Assembly (NCBI GenBank): GCA_018715595.1
Contig: DVLI01000026.1
Span: 870-64,869 of the forward strand
DNA from: Candidatus Caccoplasma merdavium
GTDB taxonomy: Bacteria > Bacteroidota > Bacteroidia > Bacteroidales > UBA11471
Direction of reading: 5' to 3'
DNA length: 64,000 nucleotides
Positions 8,908-16,932 of this stretch are shown here, piece after piece (the first letter of the stretch is position 1; every line of letters starts with the position of its first letter). The notes under the pieces were generated by a model. It saw only the letters and a list, made by a program, of their open reading frames with translations, had not been told where the DNA came from and ran no database searches. Both the position numbers and the translations under genes were made by a program.

Positions 8908-9848
8908 CCAAGTTGACATTCGTAAATGCGTGCGACAACTATTACAATGCCGAGACCGGGGCAAATACCGATTCGGAATGGGATTATATCAAGTCCGAAG
9001 GTGCCACGGTTATCGTCTCCGATGACATGAAGATTACTTCCGCGAAAAACATTACGGCTTCGATACAAAACCATACGGCCGGAACCCCCATTTTGTTCCG
9101 AATCAAGAAATGTGCCCAGTTCGCATGTGGAAGTATTATCGTTGAATATGCGCAGATGAACGATGATGCCGTCGAGTATGTCGGTGCTTCTGTCGAAGAG
9201 GACGCGGTTCTCGACGCATCGGGCAGTTTCACCCTCTCGTTCGACCGTGAGGTAACCTTGAACGAAGGGGCCCGAATGCAAATCGACGGCGAATCGATAC
9301 GAACCGTTTCCAACGGTACGGCCGTTACCGGATATTATTGGGAACTTCCTTATGGGTCGACCCACACCCTGACCCTGCCGGCCGCTGCCGTGTCGGATAT
9401 TTTCGGCAATACCTATGATGAGGATATTACCATACGGTTCAGCATCGGTGAGAAGCCGGTTGTAGAGATGAGCCGTTTCGATTACATCGTGGCCAATGTC
9501 GATGAGTTGAATGCCGCTCTCAGTGAAATCGCTCAAAGCAATACCTCGGCCGAATCGCCTCGCAAACGCATCTTGCTCCTGAACGGCGATTATTACATGG
9601 GGCAGGTACAAACGGCAGTCAAAGGGTATAACATCTCGATGATTGGACAGAGCAAATCGGGCGTACGCATCTACAATGACGGTCTCGATGGCATAAAAAC
9701 ATCATCGACCATCAACAATGAGAGTGAGCAACTCTATATGCAGGATCTCACGATAGAAAATGCCGAATCTCTCCGTAAAGGCAATTTCCGCGGCGTGTAT
9801 GTCGCTTACAGCGGAGGTAACAAGTCCATATTGAAAAACGTCGAATAG
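8856..9848 (+). CDS. Fragment 3 (Ig-like module and N-terminal half of the pectinesterase beta-helix)
   Basis: It overlaps fragment 2 by 52 nt in another frame. It ends ...SILKNVE-TAG, directly before IGGQDTY (9849..9869). Confidence 0.7.
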   Translation: MAAGSEFAICVPANAIVTKLTFVNACDNYYNAETGANTDSEWDYIKSEGATVIVSDDMKITSAKNITASIQNHTAGTPILFRIKKCAQFACGSIIVEYAQMNDDAVEYVGASVEEDAVLDASGSFTLSFDREVTLNEGARMQIDGESIRTVSNGTAVTGYYWELPYGSTHTLTLPAAAVSDIFGNTYDEDITIRFSIGEKPVVEMSRFDYIVANVDELNAALSEIAQSNTSAESPRKRILLLNGDYYMGQVQTAVKGYNISMIGQSKSGVRIYNDGLDGIKTSSTINNESEQLYMQDLTIENAESLRKGNFRGVYVAYSGGNKSILKNVE

Positions 9849-9869
9849 ATAGGCGGACAAGATACCTAT

Positions 9870-10388
9870 GTGACCGGTACCCGGGCTTGTCACGAAGATT
9901 GTACCATACACGGGACCGTAGATTTTATCTGCGGCGGAGGTGATAACTATTTCTATCACACCGATTTGCTCATCGAGGGCGATGCCGTCATCGCGGCACC
10001 CGGTCACGAGGTCTCTACCGAGTGGGGCTATGTATTCCGGGATTGCACCGTAAAACCCGGTACCTATGCCGAGACGACACCCGATAAAAGTTATTCGCTC
10101 GGACGTCCCTGGCAGAATGAGCCGCGTTGCTATTTCCTCAACACCGTCATGGAGATTCTTCCCACCGACATAGGTTGGGCGTCCATGGCCGAGATACCGA
10201 CCCATTTTTATGAGTATAAGACCTTACGCTTTCCCGCCGCAGTACGGGAACCGGTGAAATTGTGGCGAGCCGTACTGCTCCCACTTATATCGACACTTTG
10301 GCTTTCCGCAACTGTGACATATTGGAGTTCGGCCGTTGGCCTTACCGGTCGATCTGCCCCGGAGGAAACATCAATTACTTCGAGGTAA
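9870..10388 (+). CDS. Fragment 4 (C-terminal half of pectinesterase catalytic domain)
   Basis: It is in the same frame as fragment 3. It carries the CE8 signature motifs GTVDFICGGG and YSLGRPW. The QDT motif lies just upstream of the first possible start (GTG at 9870). The tail after ...HFYEYKT looks out of frame. Confidence 0.75.
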   Translation: MTGTRACHEDCTIHGTVDFICGGGDNYFYHTDLLIEGDAVIAAPGHEVSTEWGYVFRDCTVKPGTYAETTPDKSYSLGRPWQNEPRCYFLNTVMEILPTDIGWASMAEIPTHFYEYKTLRFPAAVREPVKLWRAVLLPLISTLWLSATVTYWSSAVGLTGRSAPEETSITSR

Positions 10389-11095
10389 CGAACTGTTCTA
10401 TCCACAATGCCGACGGTGAACAGGAGATGTTCCGCTTCTCCCAAAGCATCGTCGAGGCTGTCATCGTCAATAACACCTTTTATAATTTGCCCAATATAAA
10501 AGCCATCTTTGCCTTGACGCGTGTCCCCGATGAGACCAGCAAAATGAATCTGATATTTACTTTTGAAAACAACGATGTCTTTGTGGCCAATGCGCAGACG
10601 ATACCTTTGTTGCAATTCGGACAATGTGCCGGTATGTTGTCGGAGTATTACATCAATAATAACATTATCCTGTACCCCAGTTGGGAAAACGAGTGGAACA
10701 AAGCTCTGCCCGAAGGCACACAGCCCCGCATATTCAGCGGCTCGTATGGTTCGGTTTATGCTTCTAACAACGTGATGGAGAATTTCCAGCCCTGGACGTC
10801 GGGCATGCAACTCGATGCAGAAGGCGAGGGCGCTTGGCTCAATTATGACGAAGCGACCGGTGAAGTGCTGGGTATCTCCGACAATATGACGATGGCCGAG
10901 GCTCATCTCGAATGGAGCGACTTCGCGTCGTGTGAAAGCGGTGACTTTTCGATATGGAACGGTCATTATCTCTACACGGCCGGTGTGGAGGGCGCTTGTG
11001 TAGGCCCCCGAAAGCTGGTACACCGATGCCCAGAAAGTGAAAGCCTCGTTCTCTTGCAGTGTCGAGGGGTCCCAGTCGGCCAAAGTGATTGTTGA
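10262..11095 (+). CDS. Fragment 5 (right-handed beta-helix-like domain of the type found in pectin-utilisation proteins)
   Basis: The ORF overlaps fragment 4 in a different frame. It has N-rich repeat strands (NCSIHN, VIVNNTFYN, FENNDVF, YINNNIILY, SNNVMEN). The frame is lost after ...GACVGP at the C5 run. Confidence 0.6.
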   Translation: MASRTAPTYIDTLAFRNCDILEFGRWPYRSICPGGNINYFEVTNCSIHNADGEQEMFRFSQSIVEAVIVNNTFYNLPNIKAIFALTRVPDETSKMNLIFTFENNDVFVANAQTIPLLQFGQCAGMLSEYYINNNIILYPSWENEWNKALPEGTQPRIFSGSYGSVYASNNVMENFQPWTSGMQLDAEGEGAWLNYDEATGEVLGISDNMTMAEAHLEWSDFASCESGDFSIWNGHYLYTAGVEGACVGPRKLVHRCPESESLVLLQCRGVPVGQSDC

Positions 11096-12017
11096 CCCGG
11101 TGAAAGATCAGTATTTTGTCGGTGATGAAATAAAACTTACCGCCGATTGCAACGGCCTGAATACGTTTGAAGGTTGGAGCGACGGCAATACCGAAGCGCA
11201 ACGCACCATTACCTTGGAAGGCGATTTGTCGATAACGGCCCGTTTCACCGAAACCGATTATTTGGCTGCATGGAATCTCGACCAACTTACCCAGAACAAT
11301 GCCGTCCTTACATCTCCGTTGGCAGCCAATTATGTCACCGGCGAAGGCGAATATGTATTGAATTATGCCAGCAACGACGGTACCGACATGGACTATGTGA
11401 ATACCCGCACCAATAAATTCTCTTCCCGCGTTTTGGACCTTCGCAACTGTTTCGCTATCAGAGAAAGTTCGGGAATGCTCGATACCACTTCGACACCCGG
11501 ATATATCTATGTGAAGTTCCCGACCGTAGGTCTCTCCTCGGTGAAATTCCATGCTGTGGTAGGTACCGACGGATATTGCTCCGATAAAATCAATTTGGAA
11601 TATTCTCTCGATGGCGTTCTGTGGACCACCCTTACCTCAGCTACGATAGAAGAGGCGGCCGATTCTCAGAATCCCGATATGATGGGACAGGCTCTTTGGT
11701 TCCCGCTCGATGCCCAACTGCCTTCGGCTCTGGAAGGCAAAGAGGTAGTTTGGTTGCGTGTGATTGCCGATGTTTCGGCCGGCCGGACGATGACCCCGGC
11801 CCAGGCTTCTGGCGATGCCGACATCAATACTTATTTCTTGTATGTGGCCGATATGCTCCTCTCGGGTGAGACCGAAGGCTCCGCGATAGAATGTGTTGAA
11901 AATGATGAAGTGTTGACGAATGATGAACCCATATATGATATAATGGGACGCAGGGTCTTCCAAGTCGAACCTAATCGCATCTATATACAGAAAGGGAAAA
12001 AATTCATACAAAAGTAA
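11037..12017 (+). CDS. Fragment 6 (Listeria/Bacteroidetes-type repeat, beta-sandwich, T9SS C-terminal sorting domain)
   Basis: It contains the repeat FVGDEIKLTADCNGLNTFEGWSDGNTEAQRTITLEGDLSITARF. The C-terminus ...EPIYDIMGRRVFQVEPNRIYIQKGKKFIQK matches the T9SS CTD pattern. The frame is already open from 11004 (APESWYTDAQK...). Confidence 0.7.
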   Translation: MKASFSCSVEGSQSAKVIVDPVKDQYFVGDEIKLTADCNGLNTFEGWSDGNTEAQRTITLEGDLSITARFTETDYLAAWNLDQLTQNNAVLTSPLAANYVTGEGEYVLNYASNDGTDMDYVNTRTNKFSSRVLDLRNCFAIRESSGMLDTTSTPGYIYVKFPTVGLSSVKFHAVVGTDGYCSDKINLEYSLDGVLWTTLTSATIEEAADSQNPDMMGQALWFPLDAQLPSALEGKEVVWLRVIADVSAGRTMTPAQASGDADINTYFLYVADMLLSGETEGSAIECVENDEVLTNDEPIYDIMGRRVFQVEPNRIYIQKGKKFIQK

Positions 12018-12066
12018 AGTGGTGTATGAATGATTTCATGACTCTTTGATGAGGAGTTTTTATGGG

Positions 12067-12098
12067 AAAGGCGGGTAAACATGATTTACCCACCTTTT
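12067..12098. terminator. Bidirectional hairpin between convergent genes
   Basis: aaaggcgggtaaa (12067..12079) pairs with tttacccaccttt (12085..12097) with one mismatch. T-run on the + side. Confidence 0.55.
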
Positions 12099-12150
12099 AT
12101 ATATGCAAGAAAATGGGATTCTCGTATCTAAGCGGAAGGTCGCTTCCCGG

Positions 12151-13644
12151 TTATTTTTCCTTATGCATATCATTGAGGTATTCACGCGGAGATTTCCCGG
12201 TGTGCTTCTTGAAGCAGCGGCTGAAATAACGCGGGTCGTTGAATCCCGAGCAATAAGCGATTTCGGAGATGCTCATCTCCTTGTCTTTCTGCATGTATTG
12301 AAGGGCCCGCGTGATGCGTGTGGCAATGATGAAGTCTATCGGCGTGCAGTTGAAAAGCTGTTTCATTTTTTTTACGAGGAGTTTCCGATTCATGCCCAAA
12401 TGCAATGCCAAGTCATCGACTTTGAGTTCGCTGTCGTTGATGTGTGTGTCCAAGTAAGCCAGCAGTTTGCGACTGAACGTGTCGTTCTTGTCGGTTATGG
12501 CGGGTTCGGGCAACTGGTGGTTGATTGCCGCCGGAGCGGTATCGGGAGCGCTTACTTCTTGTTGCAGCGCACGGAGTTTTTCCATGGCTTTTTGCGTCTG
12601 TTTCTTGATGTATCGGTCGATAAGCCAACCGATACCGACCAGTAACAGAAGGAAAAGAATGGCCATGCACCAGCGTATGCCTGTTTTTTCGTACCAATAT
12701 GGCAGAATCTTGATATGCAGATGGTGTTCGTTGTCGACCCATTGTCCGTCTCCGTTTGTCGAGCGTATGGCGAACGTGTATGTTCCGGCCGGTAAATCGA
12801 CATATGGATTGGTATGGCTTTGGGAGGTGTAAATCCAGTTGCGGTCATTCCCTACGATGCGATAGGCATACCATATCGGCGATGTGCGGTTATAATCGAG
12901 AACCGAGAAATGTATGGTAAATTCTCTTTGTTCGGCATTCAACGTAATGAGGGTATCCATATCGACCGTGATGGAATGCCGGCTCTTGACCGGCTGAATA
13001 TGGGAAATGTAAATGGGGGCTGAATGGCTCTTTTTGAATACTTTGTGTGGGTCGAATTGTATCCAGCCCTCGCGGCACCCTTTCATGAGACAAGTGTCGT
13101 TCAACTTGAAGAAGGGGTTGAACGAGAAGTGCCTCATCTCTTTTTCGTACAGAGGTGGGTAGTGGCACAGATTTTTTGTCTCGGGGTCGTAACTGAATAT
13201 CGAGCGGTCGGTAACACCCCACACTAGGCCGTCGGTGTCGTTATAGAGGGCGGCGACAGTCGGAGTAATCAGTTTCGTGTCGACCGTTTTGAAACGTAGG
13301 GCCTCGGAGAAAAAGTCGGTTCCTTCAATCTCGCACAACTGGCCTCCGCATGAGAGGACAACGGTCCCGTTATCGCTTTGGGTCATGCCGAAGATGTTGT
13401 TTTGAGGAAGCGATGCCTCGTCGTTGTCGTCCTGTGTGTAATGGCGGAAGCGGAGGCTGCTGAAATCTTCGAAGTCGGTGTTGCATATATACAATCCGTT
13501 GGCCGATGAGATGATCATGCCGCTATCCCGCAGTTCCAGAAAGTTCTGCACATAGTCGGGCAAGTCGCCTTGTACCCGGCTCAACCCGGTCGATGTATAT
13601 TTCATAAACATTCTCCAATTCGGGGCAATGGGGGTCGGTGGCAT
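12151..13644 (-). CDS. C-terminal fragment of the sensor-regulator (propeller blades, Y_Y_Y, TM helix, AraC HTH)
   Basis: It has the TM segment WCMAILFLLLLVGIGWLI. The AraC-type HTH tail reads ...IATRITRALQYMQKDKEMSISEIAYCSGFNDPRYFSRCFKKHTGKSPREY. Confidence 0.75.
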   Translation of the reverse strand: MPPTPIAPNWRMFMKYTSTGLSRVQGDLPDYVQNFLELRDSGMIISSANGLYICNTDFEDFSSLRFRHYTQDDNDEASLPQNNIFGMTQSDNGTVVLSCGGQLCEIEGTDFFSEALRFKTVDTKLITPTVAALYNDTDGLVWGVTDRSIFSYDPETKNLCHYPPLYEKEMRHFSFNPFFKLNDTCLMKGCREGWIQFDPHKVFKKSHSAPIYISHIQPVKSRHSITVDMDTLITLNAEQREFTIHFSVLDYNRTSPIWYAYRIVGNDRNWIYTSQSHTNPYVDLPAGTYTFAIRSTNGDGQWVDNEHHLHIKILPYWYEKTGIRWCMAILFLLLLVGIGWLIDRYIKKQTQKAMEKLRALQQEVSAPDTAPAAINHQLPEPAITDKNDTFSRKLLAYLDTHINDSELKVDDLALHLGMNRKLLVKKMKQLFNCTPIDFIIATRITRALQYMQKDKEMSISEIAYCSGFNDPRYFSRCFKKHTGKSPREYLNDMHKEK

Positions 13645-14518
13645 CGGGCTTCAACAACTGAATGTCGAAGTTGTTCCCTTGGTCTTTCGGTCGCAGGAGC
13701 ACCACGCCGCAATCCCTGCCGGCCATCAGGATTTGGCCGAAACGGTCATGCTTGATGGAGCGGATAGGATAGGGGAACTGCACGTCCTCTCTTACGATGT
13801 TGCCGTCGGCCGAGAGGTAGCCCAGCAGGTTCATGCCGGTATCGTGGATTCTCAGTCGGCCGTCGGTCGATACGGACCAGATGCGGTTGTAGTTGTCCCG
13901 GAAGAATGAAACCACTTCGGCTTTTTGGTCGACGTTCTCAAAAAAAGAAAGACGTTGCGTGATGAGCCACAATCCTTTGCTGGTTCCCACCCACAGGTTG
14001 CTGTCGCGGTCGTAGTGGTGCATGTAGATGCGGTCTACCTCGGGGCAATCGAGAGAGGCGATGATTTCCTTCCACGGGTCGTTGTGAACAGGAACCGGGC
14101 GTTTGTAATCCCTCACGTCTTTTATCCATTTTAATTCTTCGGGGAGCTCCTCGAATCTCTCGTTTTCCCTGTCGAACAGGAATAGGATATTGCGTTGCTG
14201 GCACACGATGTCGTGCGTGGTATATTCTTGTATCCGGTCGACGCGGTTGAATTTTGAGATATGTGGCGATACGGTTTCGGTCGGATAATAAGCCTTGATG
14301 TTGTTCCCGTCGTACCGGAACAGTCCCTCGTTTGTCCCCAGCCATATCAGTCCCACACTGTCCTGCATGACACCCTTGATGACATAATTGGGCGTTTCGA
14401 TGATTTGCAGATGCCAGAATTTTTCTTGGCCGTGGCTTGTGGGTGATGCCATAATGAGAAACAGCATCGTGCAGGATAGTTTCAGGAGTGTCTTGTGAAT
14501 GACGGTGGGCATATCCAT
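13523..14518 (-). CDS. N-terminal fragment of the sensor-regulator (signal anchor + two-component-regulator propeller repeats)
   Basis: It has the N-terminal hydrophobic segment LSCTMLFLIMASPTSHG. Propeller-blade motifs include IWLGTNEGLFRYDG, LWVGTSKGLWLI and IWSVSTDGRLRIHD. Confidence 0.75.
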   Translation of the reverse strand: MDMPTVIHKTLLKLSCTMLFLIMASPTSHGQEKFWHLQIIETPNYVIKGVMQDSVGLIWLGTNEGLFRYDGNNIKAYYPTETVSPHISKFNRVDRIQEYTTHDIVCQQRNILFLFDRENERFEELPEELKWIKDVRDYKRPVPVHNDPWKEIIASLDCPEVDRIYMHHYDRDSNLWVGTSKGLWLITQRLSFFENVDQKAEVVSFFRDNYNRIWSVSTDGRLRIHDTGMNLLGYLSADGNIVREDVQFPYPIRSIKHDRFGQILMAGRDCGVVLLRPKDQGNNFDIQLLKPDATDPHCPELENVYEIYIDRVEPGTRRLARLCAELSGTAG

Positions 14519-14771
14519 GACTTGTGTGTTTATAGGTGTCTGAAAGGCATCTCACGGTGAGACGCGGTAGGTGTCGATGCCGGAACAGGCCGGTGTGCCG
14601 GGAGCCGACCATGCTTTTGTGCGATGAGGGTCGGCAGGACTGTCAATGAGGCTTTTATGTGATGAATGAGCCATCTGCCACATCTCTCCAAATATACGGA
14701 TAAATTTTTTGAACACGCTCTGCCTTGTGGCATATATTTTAGGCCGGCGTGGGAGCAATTTATCAATAATG

Positions 14772-14800
14772 AAAGAGGGGGTTCCGAGAACCTCCTCTTT
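14772..14800 (-). terminator. Possible terminator hairpin after fprA
   Basis: aaagagggggttc pairs with gaacctcctcttt in a 13-bp stem with one G-U pair. It sits 11 nt after the fprA stop. The U-tract is weak. Confidence 0.35.
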
Positions 14801-14810
14801 CGTGATGGAT

Positions 14811-16007
14811 TTATTCGTTTTCTTGCAGCCGTTGTGCGATGGCTTTTGCCAACTCCCGGCATTGTTGCATCGAGGCTTCGCAACCGCCTTGTTTCATCTC
14901 GACGGGGCAGCCGGGCATTTCCCAGTGCATTTGTTCGGCAAATGCCGTCAGCTCCTTTACCGAACGGCAAGCCCAACTGTATGAGCCGAAGCAACCGAAG
15001 ATGCGCGATTTGATTTCGCGGTTGCGCAGAGCCGATACCAGCAACTCTACATCGGGGAAGAGCAGCGTGTTGTAGGTGGGGCTGCCTATAATCAAGGCTT
15101 TGTATTTGAAGATGTCTCGCAAGATATATGATTTGTCCGACACCGACACGTCGTGCATCACGATGTTCTTGATGCCGTTGGCGGCCAGTTCGCGGGCAAT
15201 CTCCTCGGCCATCTGGGCCGTGTGCCCGTACATGCTGCCATAGGCGATGACAACACCGGTCTCGGCCTCATAGCGGCTGAGACGGTCATAGATGCCGATG
15301 ACTTTTGCCACATTTTCTTTCCACACCGGACCGTGTGTGGAACATATCGTCTCGATGGCGACGCCGGCCAGTTTCGACAGGGCTTTTTGTACGGGAGCAC
15401 CGTATTTGCCCACGATGTTGGCATAGTAACGCACCATTTCGTCCCAGTAGATTTCACAATCGAGCTGGTTGTCGACGATACCTCCTTCGAGGGCGCCGAA
15501 ACAGCCGAAGGCATCGCCCGAGAAAAGGACTTTTTCTTGCGGGCAATACGATACCATGGTCTCGGGCCAGTGCAGCATGGGAACAAGGTAGAACACCAGC
15601 TCTTTTGTGCCCAGCGAGAGCGATTCGCCCTCTTTGACGGTTATGGTGTCCCGGTCGATGCCATAAAACCCTTTGACCATGTCCAAGGTCTTGGCATTCC
15701 CCACAATCTGCATGTCGGGGTATGCCCGCTTCACGGCGGCGATGGAGGCCGAATGGTCGGGCTCCATGTGGTTGATGACCAGATAATCGATGGCGCGGCC
15801 GTCGAGTATGTGGCGAATGTTTTCGAGGTAGGCTTCGGTGCAGCTGGCCTCTATGGTGTCGATGAGAGCTACCTTTTCGTCTACAATCAGATAGGAGTTG
15901 TAGGAGACTCCATAAGGGAGGGGCCACAGTGCCTCGAATTTGTGGGTTTTGCGATCGTTGGCTCCCACATAGTAGATGTTCGGTGCAATTTCAGCAAAAT
16001 GGTTCAT
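14811..16007 (-). CDS. FprA-family A-type flavodiiron protein (O2/NO reductase)
   Basis: It combines a metallo-beta-lactamase-like diiron domain (INHMEPDHSAS) with a C-terminal flavodoxin-like domain (VVIAYGSMYGHT). The start is moved to the ATG at 16007 (MNHFAEIAPNIYYVG), which removes the 38-nt overlap with aguB. Confidence 0.85.
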   Translation of the reverse strand: MNHFAEIAPNIYYVGANDRKTHKFEALWPLPYGVSYNSYLIVDEKVALIDTIEASCTEAYLENIRHILDGRAIDYLVINHMEPDHSASIAAVKRAYPDMQIVGNAKTLDMVKGFYGIDRDTITVKEGESLSLGTKELVFYLVPMLHWPETMVSYCPQEKVLFSGDAFGCFGALEGGIVDNQLDCEIYWDEMVRYYANIVGKYGAPVQKALSKLAGVAIETICSTHGPVWKENVAKVIGIYDRLSRYEAETGVVIAYGSMYGHTAQMAEEIARELAANGIKNIVMHDVSVSDKSYILRDIFKYKALIIGSPTYNTLLFPDVELLVSALRNREIKSRIFGCFGSYSWACRSVKELTAFAEQMHWEMPGCPVEMKQGGCEASMQQCRELAKAIAQRLQENE

Positions 16008-16029
16008 ATGATTGAGGTTTATTTTGAGA

Positions 16030-16932
16030 TTAGTCGATAAATCGGCGGGAGATGTTTTCATAAGCATCGATACGGCGGTCGCGCAAGAAGGGCCACCAGC
16101 GTCGCACGGTCTCGGAGCGGGCGAGGTCTATTTCGACCGTTTGCACGCAATCTTCGTCGCAGGGAGCCTGCCATAATATCTCTCCTTGCGGGCCTGCCAC
16201 GAAACTGCTGCCCCAGAATTGTATGCCGCGGGTTTGTCCGCTTGGGTCGGGTTCATGACCTACGCGATTGACCGAGACGACCGGCAATCCGTTGGCAACG
16301 GCGTGACCGCGTTGTGAGATGATCCAGGCGTTGCGTTGCCGCTCTTTCTCTTCGGGGGTGTCGCTGCTCTCCCAGCCGATGGCGGTGGGATAGATGAGCA
16401 GGTCGGCGCCGCGCAGGGCCATGAGTCGGGCGGCTTCGGGATACCACTGGTCCCAGCATACCAGCACGCCGAGACGGCCTATCGAGGTCTGAATCGGTTC
16501 AAATCCGAGGTCGCCGGGGGTGAAATAGAATTTCTCATAATAGGCAGGGTCGTCGGGTATGTGCATTTTGCGGTATTTCCCCGCTATCGAGCCGTCCTTG
16601 TCGAAGACGACGGCCGTGTTGTGATACAGCCCCGGGGCGCGACGCTCGAAGAGCGACGTGACCAGCACGACGCCCGATTCTCGGGCAATGTTGCCGTAAA
16701 ACTCGGTCGATGGGCCGGGAACAGGTTCGGCCCAATCGAAACAGTCGGTATTCTCGGTCTGACAGAAATAGAGGCTGTTGTGCAGCTCTTGGAGCACGAC
16801 GAGCCGGGCGCCTTGTCGGGCACACTCTTCGATGCGGCTTTTCAGACGGTGCATGTTTACTTCCCGATCGGGAGTATTCGATTGTTGTATGAGACCTGCT
16901 ATGATTTTCTTTTCCATAATCTGCGATGTCAT
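16030..16932 (-). CDS. aguB: N-carbamoylputrescine amidase (carbon-nitrogen hydrolase)
   Basis: The nitrilase-superfamily Glu-Lys-Cys contexts are present (VVLQELH, YRKMHIP, VLVCWDQWYPE). It is coupled to the agmatine deiminase gene by an ATGA overlap at 16929..16932. Confidence 0.85.
   Translation of the reverse strand: MTSQIMEKKIIAGLIQQSNTPDREVNMHRLKSRIEECARQGARLVVLQELHNSLYFCQTENTDCFDWAEPVPGPSTEFYGNIARESGVVLVTSLFERRAPGLYHNTAVVFDKDGSIAGKYRKMHIPDDPAYYEKFYFTPGDLGFEPIQTSIGRLGVLVCWDQWYPEAARLMALRGADLLIYPTAIGWESSDTPEEKERQRNAWIISQRGHAVANGLPVVSVNRVGHEPDPSGQTRGIQFWGSSFVAGPQGEILWQAPCDEDCVQTVEIDLARSETVRRWWPFLRDRRIDAYENISRRFID

Larger units (their letters stand above)
7114..12017 (+). pseudogene. Disrupted gene for a ~1630-aa T9SS-secreted multidomain pectin methylesterase (CE8)
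   Basis: Six ORF fragments read as one protein: signal peptide, beta-sandwich modules, Fn3-associated module, pectinesterase, beta-helix domain, repeat and T9SS sorting domain. The lesions are an in-frame TGA at 7420..7422, a frameshift at about 8850..8856, an in-frame TAG at 9846..9848, a frameshift within 10220..10262, and a frameshift at the C5 run 11005..11009. Confidence 0.7.
12151..14518 (-). pseudogene. Frameshifted membrane sensor-regulator (beta-propeller repeats + Y_Y_Y domain + TM + AraC-type HTH; no histidine kinase or receiver)
   Basis: Two ORFs overlap by 122 nt (13523..13644) in different frames. Together they give about 789 aa with one continuous domain order. Confidence 0.7.

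Noticed and set aside
7279-8964. Very long ORFs antisense to real genes. Examples: 7279..8964 (561 aa), 24359..25897 (512 aa), 28273..29637 (454 aa), 44029..45258 (409 aa), 46749..47999 (416 aa), 55916..57169 (417 aa), 16983..18224 (413 aa).
   Set aside because: Their translations are low-complexity and rich in R, G, V, H and D, with no motifs. Each lies exactly opposite a gene with clear family signatures. Real genes here avoid TTA, CTA and TCA codons, which keeps the complementary frame free of stops. They are a codon-bias artefact, not overlapping genes.
7420-9848. Genetic-code reassignment or programmed recoding (Sec at TGA 7420, Pyl or read-through at TAG 9846) as the explanation for the in-frame stops.
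   Set aside because: TGA and TAG terminate ordinary genes in this window, for example 2246..2248 and 2168..2170. A canonical RF1 is encoded. No SECIS-like hairpin follows the TGA. The same gene also carries three frameshifts, so decay or assembly error is the simpler explanation. It remains testable (see findings).
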